From positions 103,858-167,857 of the forward strand of contig JAQBYT010000006.1 in assembly GCA_027622665.1 (NCBI GenBank): a stretch of DNA of 64,000 nucleotides, in the 5' to 3' direction. The position numbers and the translations under genes are program-made. The notes under the pieces were generated by a model that was given only the letters and a program-made list of their open reading frames with translations, did no database searches and was not told the DNA's origin. The stretch's first letter is position 1, and each line of letters begins with the position of its first letter. Below, piece after piece: positions 1 to 9,718 of the stretch. This DNA comes from Verrucomicrobiota bacterium. Lineage in GTDB: Bacteria; Verrucomicrobiota; Verrucomicrobiia; Opitutales; Seribacteraceae.

Positions 1-495
1 GGAAATATCCGACACGGACAAGGGCCATTTAATGCCCAAGGCCGGATCGTCATAGCGAAGACCGCCTTCATGTTCGGGGCTGTGGAAGTCGGAGTGGAAG
101 TAGAGCATCTCCACATCGGGCACCAAGGTCTGAAAGCCGTGTGCGAAGCCCTCGGGGATATAAACCATGCTACGGTTGTTCTCGCTGAGTTCCGTTTCGT
201 GCCATTTCCCGAAGGTGTTGGAATTGCGTCTTAAATCAACCATGACGTCCCAGACGGAACCTCGGAGGCAACGGACGAGTTTGGCTTCGACCTTGGGTGG
301 ACGCTGGAAGTGCAAACCGCGTATAGACCCCTGTTGCTTAGTGAGGGAAGTGTTCATTTGTAACCAACGGGTTATTAAGCCGTAAATAGTAAATTCTTTC
401 TCGCAAAAAAAACGCGCGAAGAAACCGCGGTCATCCTCAATCTTATCCAAATCAATTAAATATGCCCCGTCCAAGGGAAGTGGAGTGAACTTCAT
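1..495 (-). CDS. rfbC: NDP-4-keto-6-deoxyhexose 3,5-epimerase (RmlC/RfbC cupin); runs off the window edge
   Basis: Not in the ORF track. Manual translation from ATG at 495 gives MKFTPLPLDGAYLIDLDKIEDDRGFFARFFCEKEF...GSIRGLHFQ...GFAHGFQTL. ATGA overlap with the rfbG stop. Confidence 0.9.
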   Translation of the reverse strand, partial: MKFTPLPLDGAYLIDLDKIEDDRGFFARFFCEKEFTIYGLITRWLQMNTSLTKQQGSIRGLHFQRPPKVEAKLVRCLRGSVWDVMVDLRRNSNTFGKWHETELSENNRSMVYIPEGFAHGFQTLVPDVEMLYFHSDFHSPEHEGGLRYDDPALGIKWPLSVSDIS

Positions 496-1559
496 AATTC
501 GGAATAAAAACGAATTTGCTCCATTGTGGTCTCTATCGGGGAAGCTCCTTCATGAACTTTTCGATACCATTCCAGAGTAAGCCTCACGCTCTCCGTGAAT
601 TCGAGTTTCGGTTTCCACCCAAGCAGGGAATGAGCTTTTTCTATCTCAAGCCCTAAGATCCCGGCTTCATGGGGCACATTCTTCTCTGCATTATTTTCCC
701 AGGATCCGGGCCAATATTGTAAGGATTCTTCAACAAGGTTTTCCACCGTTTGCAGGTCGGTATTATCCGGTCCGAAGTTGAATGGTCCCCGGAAAGCTTC
801 ATCATCTGAATTTGTAAGCTTTTCAGCTAGGCGCATATAGCCGGATAAAGGCTCCAGTACATGTTGCCAAGGTCTTATCGATGCGGGGTTTCGAACCTGT
901 ACCGGTCGCTCGGCTGCAAGTGCCTTTATCATGTCCGGCACAATACGGTCCTCGGACCAGTCTCCGCCTCCGATGACATTGCCGGAACGGGCAGTGGCAA
1001 CCCTCGCAGGGGAATCTTTGCCTAAATATGAGCGATTCCAGCTACTGACAGCCAGTTCCGCGGCTGCCTTACTTGAACTGTAGGGATCATGGCCTCCCAG
1101 TTTGTCCGTTTCCTTATAGGGGCGGATCGATTCCAGATTCTCATAAACCTTGTCAGTAGTCACGATGACGACCGAGCAGTGTTTATCATGTTCTCTTAAG
1201 ACTTCCAACACATTGATCGTGCCAAGCACATTGGTCTCCCAAGTAAGACAGGGTTCCCTATAGGATCGCCTTACCAATGACTGGGCCGCCATGTGAAAGA
1301 TGACTTCCGGGTTAAACTGTCGAATGTGGTCTTTTATTAAACTTCTGTCCCGGATATCCCCGATATGGTGGGTCAGTTCATCTTTCAGGTTCAGCAGGTT
1401 GAATAGAGCCAGCTGGCTCTCTGGCGCTAGTGATACGCCATAAACTTCAGCCTCTAATTGAGACAGCCACAATGACAACCAGCTTCCCTTAAAACCCGTG
1501 TGGCCGGTGATGAGGACTTTTTTCCCCTTCCAAAAATCGGTTATTACCAGATTTTCCAT
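492..1559 (-). CDS. rfbG: CDP-glucose 4,6-dehydratase
   Basis: FWKGKKVLITGHTGFKGSWL, HMAAQSLVR, TTDKVY, DPYSSSK, RPWQHVLEPLSGY. Start taken at MENLV (1559), overlapping the end of rfbF as is typical. Confidence 0.95.
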   Translation of the reverse strand: MENLVITDFWKGKKVLITGHTGFKGSWLSLWLSQLEAEVYGVSLAPESQLALFNLLNLKDELTHHIGDIRDRSLIKDHIRQFNPEVIFHMAAQSLVRRSYREPCLTWETNVLGTINVLEVLREHDKHCSVVIVTTDKVYENLESIRPYKETDKLGGHDPYSSSKAAAELAVSSWNRSYLGKDSPARVATARSGNVIGGGDWSEDRIVPDMIKALAAERPVQVRNPASIRPWQHVLEPLSGYMRLAEKLTNSDDEAFRGPFNFGPDNTDLQTVENLVEESLQYWPGSWENNAEKNVPHEAGILGLEIEKAHSLLGWKPKLEFTESVRLTLEWYRKVHEGASPIETTMEQIRFYSEL

Positions 1560-2314
1560 GGAGCCTTGCTTGAAGACCATAACTCCTCCAAGTGATTTTT
1601 TTCTCTAAGTGTATCCATCGGCAGCCAAAAGCCATCGTGCTCAAAGGCGATCAATTCGTTCATATCGGAGAGTTTGGCGAGGGCATTACCTTCCCAACTT
1701 GATTGGTCTCCTTCGATCAATTCAATACACTTGGGAGAAAGGACAAAATAACCTCCATTGATCAGTCCTCCATCTCCCGGAGGCTTTTCCGAAAAACCGG
1801 TAACATTACCATCCTCGATTTCTAAGGCACCATATCGACCGGGAGGTTTGACGGCGCAAACCGTAGCCATTTTTCCATGTGTTCTATGAAATTCGATCTC
1901 GGCAGTGAGATTAATGTCTGCGAGTCCGTCTCCGTATGTAAAGCAAAAGAGGTCCTCGTCGCTTACATAGTCGGCGACGCGCTTGAGTCTCCCCCCCGTC
2001 AAGGTGTCTTCGCCAGTATCGATAAGGGTCACCTTCCACGGTTCCGCCTTTTTTTGGTGTACACGAATTTCGTTGCTTTCCATGTCGATGGTGACATCCG
2101 ACATGTGGAGGAAGTAGTTGGCAAAATATTCTTTGATTAAATACCCTTTATATCCACAGCATATTATGAAGTCATTCACACCATGAGCGGAATAAATCTT
2201 CATGATGTGCCATAGTATTGGTTTGCCTCCGATTTCAATCAGAGGTTTGGGTTTGAGATGAGTTTCTTCAGATATCCTTGTGCCTAAACCACCTGCTAAT
2301 ATTACAACTTTCAT
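1544..2314 (-). CDS. rfbF: Glucose-1-phosphate cytidylyltransferase
   Basis: MKVVILAGGLGTRISEETHLKPKP, TGGRLKR, TYGDG, C-terminal APWKIW. Confidence 0.97.
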   Translation of the reverse strand: MKVVILAGGLGTRISEETHLKPKPLIEIGGKPILWHIMKIYSAHGVNDFIICCGYKGYLIKEYFANYFLHMSDVTIDMESNEIRVHQKKAEPWKVTLIDTGEDTLTGGRLKRVADYVSDEDLFCFTYGDGLADINLTAEIEFHRTHGKMATVCAVKPPGRYGALEIEDGNVTGFSEKPPGDGGLINGGYFVLSPKCIELIEGDQSSWEGNALAKLSDMNELIAFEHDGFWLPMDTLREKNHLEELWSSSKAPWKIW

Positions 2315-2358
2315 TTATATTATGTATAATAAATAGTTCCTAAGTCCAATCATCTGGT

Positions 2359-2871
2359 TTATAGCTTAAGAATCATTTTGAAAGACTTGGTCCCCACTCG
2401 ATTATTGAAGGGGATTCCGTAGATCTCAAATCCTAGACTGTGGTACAATGAAATAGCTGGTTTGTTGTAATCGCGGACGCTTAGGCAAATTCCCTGCACC
2501 TTTCCTTGAGCCCAATTTATTAATTCAGACATCAACATCTTACCTATGCCTTGGTTTCTGAAATCCTCGAGCAGACCGATAGATAGTTCTGGTGTGTCAT
2601 CATCTATATAACCAGCACCCTTATTCTCATAAGTCAATAGTCTCATCCAAGCAACTCCAATCAATGTTTTTTCCGGAGCAGGCGTCTCTGCAATGATTCC
2701 ATAGTCGAGGGGCTTTCCCCATTCACAAACATATCTTCTTCGATCGGCATTTTTTTTAGCTTCCTCAATCGTTTCACCAGTTTTCCCCATGTCCGCAGTT
2801 ACGTAAACTATCTTCCAAATCAGCTCCTCATCATCTTTGTCTATTGCTCTGAAGTCTATTTTCACCACCAA
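2359..2871 (-). CDS. GNAT-family N-acetyltransferase
   Basis: Acetyl-CoA motif A (FRNQGIGKMLM) and N-x-PAISLY-x-SLGF. Confidence 0.85.
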   Translation of the reverse strand: MVVKIDFRAIDKDDEELIWKIVYVTADMGKTGETIEEAKKNADRRRYVCEWGKPLDYGIIAETPAPEKTLIGVAWMRLLTYENKGAGYIDDDTPELSIGLLEDFRNQGIGKMLMSELINWAQGKVQGICLSVRDYNKPAISLYHSLGFEIYGIPFNNRVGTKSFKMILKL

Positions 2872-2922
2872 ATCCTTATTGGACTAAAGAATGATTTGAT
2901 ACAGCAGTTGAACGCAGGGCTA

Positions 2923-3447
2923 TTACTTTCGTATATGGTTTGCTAGCAAAACCTCGACATATTCAAAGGCCTTTTCCTCAGCAGTTTCGGGAGGAGCCCA
3001 TTTGGCGTACTCGGTTTCCTCGGGGTTGAAGGGACCATTCGTCGTTTCATGAAAGATTACATATTCGGATTCAGGAATTACCGAATGAAAGCAACTGGTT
3101 GCCAGCCTGTAAAAAAAAGTAAGTCCTGAATTGCAAGGACCCATACGAATAACTTTTTCCACCCTGCCTTGATCGTCAAAGAAGACAACGGATAACCTTC
3201 CTTCGATAATGTGGAAGGATTCCGTTTTGCCTTCGTGCTTATGGGGTCTGATGTAGCTTCCCCGACCAAGTACAATGGCCATTTCATGAAGAGGGTTTTC
3301 GACATCGTCATGGAGGCAAAGCCTCACCCTTTTGCGAGGAGACTCATCCACTTTTCCTCGCAGGAAATCCACGGTGGAGTCGTTGACCTCGGTTATCGAT
3401 TGACGAGTATAAAAGGCTTCCTTGCTTACTTGCTCCATTTTCATCAT
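2923..3447 (-). CDS. WbuC-family cupin-fold metalloprotein
   Basis: SPRKRVRLCLH, YIRPHKH..KTESFH, FHS, HETTNGPF..YAKWAP; sugar-cluster context. Confidence 0.85.
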   Translation of the reverse strand: MMKMEQVSKEAFYTRQSITEVNDSTVDFLRGKVDESPRKRVRLCLHDDVENPLHEMAIVLGRGSYIRPHKHEGKTESFHIIEGRLSVVFFDDQGRVEKVIRMGPCNSGLTFFYRLATSCFHSVIPESEYVIFHETTNGPFNPEETEYAKWAPPETAEEKAFEYVEVLLANHIRK

Positions 3448-4673
3448 GCGTGGGTAATCTGTAGAGATATTGATTCAGGACGAATTGCGCGCGAACTGTT
3501 GGGGGCGATGGACAGAAATCGGCCTCCCTTTTTCTCGAACTCTTTCTGGTTTTGAATGAAGCGTTCCTCCGATAGGGGGTTGATTCCTAAGAGGCAAAGC
3601 GTAATGTCCTCTTCCACAAGCGATTTGGAATTGCGAATCGGCAAGCCACAACCCGGTATATGCAAAGAATGTTTGTTGGGATCGTCATCCACGAAAAATT
3701 CCAAGTACTTGCCGATTTCAAGAACGTTGACAAAGGTGCAGCTTCGATGTCCTGCACCCAAAATGACGATCTTCCCACCTTTGGAAACGTAATTCTCAAA
3801 GAATTCACCTAATTGCCGCTTCGTATCCGTTAAGGTCATAACAAAGAAGTTGATCCTGTTACTTTCTTTCTCACTAGCATCCTTGCTTAGTTTTTCTGAA
3901 ATTTGCTCGGCCGCATGGGCGGCAACGACCAAGGCGTTTTCATCGGGATATTCAAATACCCTTGCTTGGGCTGTCTCCAGACCGTTCATGGAGAGAACCT
4001 TATCCAAACTTACCTCCGTAAAGTATGAAATATGTTCCTCCCATAAGGTGGAGACGTCTCCATTCTCAAAAGAGGATTTACAGTCCGGAACTTCAAGGAC
4101 AAGGAGTCCGCCTGGAGAAAGTAAGGACTTTAGAGTCACGAGGAACTCGGATCCATGAAAGGCATGCTCAAGTACTCTGCGGGCCAACACGATTTCAAAT
4201 GATCCTCGTTTCTTGAGGATTGATTCAGCGGTGCTTGAGTCCAATTTCGATTGAATGAGCGCCTCGCTTGGGTTTTCGTGTGGAAGCCCCAAGTCTTCCG
4301 AGGCACTCACTTGATGCAGTTGTGTGAAACCTGCTTTGGACAATTGCCGAAGAAGAGGTTTGTCGTGCTTGGAGATTCCGAGAATGCGAGATTCTTTGGT
4401 TATCCCGGGGAATGCAGAGATGAATTGGACCATCTCGCCTAGGTGATCTTCCGGTTCATTGAATTTGATCCAATCGAATTTAGGAACCATTGATTCAACG
4501 GGCATTGGATCGGATAATTGAGCGACACCGCAAATGAGGCATTGTCCCAATGCCATGGGGAATTTATCCGCCACCTCGTGTGTCTCGACGAAATGGTGAC
4601 TGACGGGTTGGCTGCCTAGGTCAATCAAGACCTTGTAGCCATCTTCACCGCAGAGCCTGCAATTGTCCGTCAT
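3444..4673 (-). CDS. NDP-hexose C-methyltransferase-like protein (divergent copy)
   Basis: Zn domain CRLC...CLICG, EVPD, WEEHISYF, C-terminal GAG...FVDDDPNK..IPG. The SAM motif I is degenerate. Confidence 0.75.
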   Translation of the reverse strand: MTDNCRLCGEDGYKVLIDLGSQPVSHHFVETHEVADKFPMALGQCLICGVAQLSDPMPVESMVPKFDWIKFNEPEDHLGEMVQFISAFPGITKESRILGISKHDKPLLRQLSKAGFTQLHQVSASEDLGLPHENPSEALIQSKLDSSTAESILKKRGSFEIVLARRVLEHAFHGSEFLVTLKSLLSPGGLLVLEVPDCKSSFENGDVSTLWEEHISYFTEVSLDKVLSMNGLETAQARVFEYPDENALVVAAHAAEQISEKLSKDASEKESNRINFFVMTLTDTKRQLGEFFENYVSKGGKIVILGAGHRSCTFVNVLEIGKYLEFFVDDDPNKHSLHIPGCGLPIRNSKSLVEEDITLCLLGINPLSEERFIQNQKEFEKKGGRFLSIAPNSSRAIRPESISLQITHA

Positions 4674-5932
4674 TTGAGATCGAATTCCGCATCGACAACT
4701 AATAATTCGGGGCAGCAGACAATAAATTTTCCACCGCCTTTAAGATATTCCCGATTGCCCGCAATGATCTTTTTGGCATGAATCCATGCAAGAATGAAGG
4801 TATAATCAGGCCTTCGCTCAGTTAGCTCTTTAGTCGGAAGAACTGGGATGTCATATCCCCCGATCCGCTTGTTTACTTTTTGGGGATGATCATCTACGAT
4901 GTAATCTATCAAGTCTTTTAACCCCATCTGAGCAATAAGAGTGTTGCCGCTACGGGCGGCCCCAAAACCAGCTGCCGATATTCCCTGGTCTGCCCATCCC
5001 TCGGTCAGTTTGCTTACTTGCTGGCGCAGACCTGATAATTTGTCTGCAAATGATCTCAGGGTCTCAGGGCGATCGAGCAATCGATCTTCTTCGATGCTTA
5101 CGATTTCCCCCACCGAAGCGGAAACCGTATGTGGTCCACCTGCCAGTTGGGCGATTCCGATGAGGGACCCTCCCTGGATGGAAACCCTTTGGAGGTCAAT
5201 GAGCTCAAGACCGTTTCTTTCAAGAAATTGAATCAGTGGCTTTACTGAATGATGGGACAGATGCTCGTGAAAGAAAGTCCCGAGAAGCATATCATCAATG
5301 ATATTTTGAAGATATGAAACCTCGAACACGAAGATACCTTCGGGCGAGAGCAGACTTCGAATGCTCCGGACCATGCCTTCTAGGTCATCGGTATGGGCGA
5401 AGACATTGAAAGCGGTCACGATACTTGCAGACCCATGCTGAGTGGTTATCTTTTCAGCCAAATCGGGAGAAAGGAATTCGGCGAGGGTTTCCACGCCCGA
5501 ATCGGTAGCCTTTCGAGCAATTTCCCTAGCTGGATCAACTCCTAGAACCCGTAGGCCTCTTTTTTGAAAACATCGCAGGAAAGAACCGTCGTTGCTGCCG
5601 ACGTCTACGACAAAGCTGTTTTTGTCAGGAGTATGGCGTTTTAAAATCATTTCTGCGCAATCTTCGAAATGATCAATGATTCCACGGGTTTGGCCCGAAT
5701 GATAGGTATAGTCATCCCACAATACTTCGGGATTCACCACTTCCAGAAGTTGCACGTGTCCGCACTCTAGGCACATGTGCAAATCCATGTCATAGAACTG
5801 TTGCTTGCCCGCGGTTTCGGAGTCAGGAAAATATTTTTCAGCCAATGGGGTTGGTGCGAGGGGGACAACCAAATCAAGCTTTTTGCTTTCGCATAGCCTG
5901 CAGGTTTCTCTTTTACTTGAATTCTTTTTCAC
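4670..5932 (-). CDS. NDP-hexose C-methyltransferase (Zn-binding, SAM and C-terminal domains)
   Basis: CRLC...CLECGHVQL, DVGSNDG, NVFAH, FHEHLS, GAA..GNTL, VDDHPQK, LAW. Confidence 0.88.
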   Translation of the reverse strand: MKKNSSKRETCRLCESKKLDLVVPLAPTPLAEKYFPDSETAGKQQFYDMDLHMCLECGHVQLLEVVNPEVLWDDYTYHSGQTRGIIDHFEDCAEMILKRHTPDKNSFVVDVGSNDGSFLRCFQKRGLRVLGVDPAREIARKATDSGVETLAEFLSPDLAEKITTQHGSASIVTAFNVFAHTDDLEGMVRSIRSLLSPEGIFVFEVSYLQNIIDDMLLGTFFHEHLSHHSVKPLIQFLERNGLELIDLQRVSIQGGSLIGIAQLAGGPHTVSASVGEIVSIEEDRLLDRPETLRSFADKLSGLRQQVSKLTEGWADQGISAAGFGAARSGNTLIAQMGLKDLIDYIVDDHPQKVNKRIGGYDIPVLPTKELTERRPDYTFILAWIHAKKIIAGNREYLKGGGKFIVCCPELLVVDAEFDLK

Positions 5933-6050
5933 TTCAAAGGGGTTTTAGTTAGGCAATTAAAAGTTGGAAGCAGATTTCAGCCCTTCGTGCATTTTTCGGA
6001 GACTGCATTTCATTTCAGGCTTAGGGGTTTAATCGGCAAAAGTCTTGATC

Positions 6051-7226
6051 TTATTTTGAAAACTTTTCGGCTGTTTTCGCAATCATCCGAACGGCAAACG
6101 CAATTTCTTTTTCCGAAACGGGTGGATGTACGCAAAGTTCCAGCAAGTGATTGTCGCAAAGATTCTCAATGATCGGAAAAGAGAGAGAATTGTATTTCTT
6201 ACCTTTCATCACACCGTCATATGTCGACCACTCCCAGGGTAGTCCTCTTGCAGGAACCTTTTCGGGATTAAAATGCGGATGCTTGTGCAGAAGTGTCCAA
6301 GTCATTTCCAATGGAACTCCGGAATCCTGCACCTGAGATGAAAACTCCTCCAGGTCGCAATTGAATTTTTCACGATCAAAGTGAAGCAAGACGCGATAAT
6401 AGACTGACTTCGCGCAAGGGAGAGGCTTGATTACGTCAAGTCCCTCGATATCTTCCAATAGCCGCTCGAGTAACTCCGCATTGTCCTGCCTGACTTGGTT
6501 GTGGGTATCCAGCTTTCCGAGTTGAATCAATCCAAGGGCACCGGCGAACTCGGTCATGCGGTAATTGTAACTAAGTTGTTTATGGCCGAAGGAACGCAGT
6601 CGGTAAATCTTCTCATCGATTTCAGGATCATTGGTGGTGACCACGCCTCCGTCTCCAGCACTTAGTGACTTGCGTTGGTGCATACTGAAGACGCCGACAT
6701 CTCCAATGCCTCCGCATCTGCGACCTTTGTATTCCGCTCCGTAGGCGTGGGATGCATCTTCAATTACTGAAAGGCCATGTTTTTGAGCCAGTTCCATAAT
6801 GGGGTCCATATCCGCAGGGTAGCCAAACATATGTACGACGACGATTGCCCGAGTACGATGGGAAAGGTGTCTCGCTATCTTTTCTGCGCTCAAGGCCCTG
6901 GTCTGTGGATCACAGTCGCAAAATACGGGTACTGCGTTTTGCATGAGAATTGAGCTGGCTGAGGCAATGAAAGTGTAGGGGGTGACGATGACTTCGTCAC
7001 CGATTCCAATGTCGAGAGCAGCCATTGCCAGATGCAAACCTTGGGTTGCGTTTCCCACTCCCTTGGCGAAGCTCGTACCCGTATATGATTTGAAATTATC
7101 CTCGAACTCCCTGACGCGATCCGCGGCGAACAATTGGTTCGAATCGATCACTCTTTTTACGGCTTCCTTTTCTTCTTCGCCGTATTGGGGCCAGGTGGGC
7201 CAGGCAATGGTGTTGTTCTCTTTCAA
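6051..7226 (-). CDS. DegT/DnrJ/EryC1/StrS PLP-dependent sugar aminotransferase
   Basis: GDEVIVTPYTFIAS, EDASHA, FS...K...GDGG, NYRMTE. TTG start at 7226 overlaps the upstream stop; the ORF track starts at 7247. Confidence 0.92.
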   Translation of the reverse strand: MKENNTIAWPTWPQYGEEEKEAVKRVIDSNQLFAADRVREFEDNFKSYTGTSFAKGVGNATQGLHLAMAALDIGIGDEVIVTPYTFIASASSILMQNAVPVFCDCDPQTRALSAEKIARHLSHRTRAIVVVHMFGYPADMDPIMELAQKHGLSVIEDASHAYGAEYKGRRCGGIGDVGVFSMHQRKSLSAGDGGVVTTNDPEIDEKIYRLRSFGHKQLSYNYRMTEFAGALGLIQLGKLDTHNQVRQDNAELLERLLEDIEGLDVIKPLPCAKSVYYRVLLHFDREKFNCDLEEFSSQVQDSGVPLEMTWTLLHKHPHFNPEKVPARGLPWEWSTYDGVMKGKKYNSLSFPIIENLCDNHLLELCVHPPVSEKEIAFAVRMIAKTAEKFSK

Positions 7227-7930
7227 CAGACAGTCGCTGCGATACATGAATAATTGATGTGCCTGAAGTTAAGATGCAACCCGCGTTTTGCAAAGAATTC
7301 GTCAGTAGCCTCGCGGGCTCCGCTATGGTGACCATAATCATCTATAATGATTGAGCCTCCGTTTTGAACGCGGTCGTAAAAGTTCACCAAGGCTGCCATC
7401 GTGGGTTCGTACCAATCCATGTCGAGTCGAAGAATCGATATTTTCTCAATTTCGGGTTCTATTGTTTCTGAGGTTACTTCTCCTTTCCGCAAAGTCACGT
7501 CGGTTCTGATTGCAGTAAGATGTTTGAGAACCGAATCGTAATGTGATTTGACCCATGATCCATTTTCCTCGATTTCCTTGTGAAACCTTTCGTTCATGTT
7601 GTTTCCCCAAGCATCCACTTCATTTTTACTTGGTTCGGGATGTCCCTCAAATGTGTCGAATCCATAAACCTTGTTCTTGCCATTGAAACGGTTCAGGGCA
7701 TGACATGCCATTTCCAACCCGCCCCCTTTCCACACTCCAAATTCCAAAACATCTCCCGTCAGTCCCTTTGCAGTGATATACTTAACCGTATTCCAAAGAT
7801 CATAAAGAACTTCCGCTGAGAGCATTGTCTTGGATTTGACTAATTCCAAGCAATCGTTGAATTCCTTTGGTGTGACTTTGGCAAAAAGTTTCACATGGCT
7901 TTCCTGCTGTTTTTTTTGGTAATCGATCAT
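7223..7930 (-). CDS. TylF/MycF/NovP-family O-methyltransferase
   Basis: GDVLEFGVWKGG, FDTFEG, ISILRLDMDWYEPT, IIDDYGH..GAREA.DEF. Confidence 0.92.
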   Translation of the reverse strand: MIDYQKKQQESHVKLFAKVTPKEFNDCLELVKSKTMLSAEVLYDLWNTVKYITAKGLTGDVLEFGVWKGGGLEMACHALNRFNGKNKVYGFDTFEGHPEPSKNEVDAWGNNMNERFHKEIEENGSWVKSHYDSVLKHLTAIRTDVTLRKGEVTSETIEPEIEKISILRLDMDWYEPTMAALVNFYDRVQNGGSIIIDDYGHHSGAREATDEFFAKRGLHLNFRHINYSCIAATVC

Positions 7931-7984
7931 TTAGCTAACCTGAAGTGAATTTGAAGTAAGAAACATGTTCGAAATGTCTTGGTT

Positions 7985-9637
7985 TTAAGCAGGTTGAGCG
8001 ATGTTCGGGTCATGAAGGAGTCTATTCAGGGAATTGGTAAGAGAGGGGAGATCGATCTCGGAGGATTCTGCCAATTCTCTTCTTTTTCGGTCCTCGGGGT
8101 GAAAGACGTTGAGGCATATGTAACACCATTTCAAATTTGCCATACGAGCAACCAAAGGCAAACGCCGGACAAAATTTCCGATTTTCTGCTTAGGAAGAAG
8201 CTCGATGATCCTATTTTTCATCACGGGAAAGAGCTCTGATGGAGCTTTGTGTTTAGGTTGGGCAAAAAAGTCTGCAATCGTTTTGGCGGGATCATCCCAT
8301 CCGGCATATTCGAAATCATAAAAGCAGAGAGAGCCATTCGTTTGCAAAACCGCATTATGCAATCCGAAGTCCGACGGAGACAAAATTCGCTCCTCCACAG
8401 TGATCACTTGATTGAAACGTGGATTGGCGAGAACCTCCTCAGCAAGCTCTTTGTACTTCCTTTCCAAGTCATTCAATAAAAAGTCCTTGATCGATTTTGG
8501 TATGCTCTTTGGTTCGCTCTGGATTCGCCGTAGCCAAAAATCGTGACGTCCTTGAAGGATGCTCCAATGATCCCGTATGGAAAACGCAGATTCGGATGCG
8601 CAAGGAACTCCTTTGGCCGCTTCCGTATTTCTTCCCTGCTGGAGCTGGGTGATGAAATCGAAGCACTTTTCCCAATGGGCAGAATCGATAGGAGAGTTTG
8701 AATCAAAAAAATCGCCATGCAACCACTCGAAAACGGCGATTCCCAAGTTTTCTTCCTTTGCAATAAGCTGCGGAAAGAGCTCAAGTTCAAGGGTCTCAAG
8801 GTATTTGGCAAAGGCATTTTCGTGGAGCAAGCGGTCTCGTGTATCCGATGGATCCTTGAAATATACCTTGCCCATGAGAGTCTTGTTGCCAGTGGAAATC
8901 TTATAGGACCGGTTGTTTCCTCCTCCTCTGAGTGTTTCCAATCTTAACTTATCAGAGGAAGGCAAGTTAAGAAGTGTTCTGAAGCTGTCCTCGTGCAGAT
9001 TTGATGGAAGGGTAGTTGGAGCGGATATGGATACTTTATTTTTGTTCCCGGGGCAATCCAGTAGCTGGTCAGCATTCATCCATGAAAGTATGGACTCCAG
9101 AGATTCATGTTCTTTGCCGAATAAAATCCCTTTAGTGAAGCTGGGGAATCTCTCATGTTCGAGAACGGTGGTAAGATCGTCGATGAAAAGGTCGCAATTT
9201 TCTCTTCCTATCCGTTCGACCTTATTCTCCAAGGTCGTTTCAAAAAAGCAATTTTCCCCGATAATGCGTTGAGGAGATAGTATGCCCATCTCTTTTAACC
9301 ATTCGATGGCTGCCTCATGCAGGTCAATCGGTGCCCCGGAAGCAGGAAAAATAGTTCTATGGCTGACCACGATGATTTTATGGTCGAGGGATCCCGCTTT
9401 TTCCAAGAAATCGACAAATCCGGCAAAGAGGGCGGCTGATGAAATATTAGTTCCGTATATCCTTCCTTGGATTCGGGTCCATTCGAGATTGCCATTTTCC
9501 TTGCCGAGGAAAAAGTCCTTAACCACTTGCTTCGGCTTTTCCTCCTTTTCAATAGAGAGCCCTTCGTCCAAGGCGACCTTCCTGAAGGACTCGTCATGGC
9601 AGGCAATGGTGTTGTCGAAATCAATTCCTATGATCAT
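7985..9637 (-). CDS. Fusion of an N-terminal HAD-like domain and a C-terminal aminoglycoside/choline-kinase-like phosphotransferase
   Basis: N-terminal IGIDFDNTI and FIDDL (HAD motifs I and IV). C-terminal GGGNNR, LSPSDFGLHN, DFEYAGWDDPAK. Confidence 0.75.
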   Translation of the reverse strand: MIIGIDFDNTIACHDESFRKVALDEGLSIEKEEKPKQVVKDFFLGKENGNLEWTRIQGRIYGTNISSAALFAGFVDFLEKAGSLDHKIIVVSHRTIFPASGAPIDLHEAAIEWLKEMGILSPQRIIGENCFFETTLENKVERIGRENCDLFIDDLTTVLEHERFPSFTKGILFGKEHESLESILSWMNADQLLDCPGNKNKVSISAPTTLPSNLHEDSFRTLLNLPSSDKLRLETLRGGGNNRSYKISTGNKTLMGKVYFKDPSDTRDRLLHENAFAKYLETLELELFPQLIAKEENLGIAVFEWLHGDFFDSNSPIDSAHWEKCFDFITQLQQGRNTEAAKGVPCASESAFSIRDHWSILQGRHDFWLRRIQSEPKSIPKSIKDFLLNDLERKYKELAEEVLANPRFNQVITVEERILSPSDFGLHNAVLQTNGSLCFYDFEYAGWDDPAKTIADFFAQPKHKAPSELFPVMKNRIIELLPKQKIGNFVRRLPLVARMANLKWCYICLNVFHPEDRKRRELAESSEIDLPSLTNSLNRLLHDPNIAQPA

Positions 9638-9718
9638 CGGCGAGAATCTTTTCTTTCCGTCCGGAATTCGGGGAACTTGGGAAAAAGGCCATTTCCCGGC
9701 ATGAGGAATGGCGGGGTT

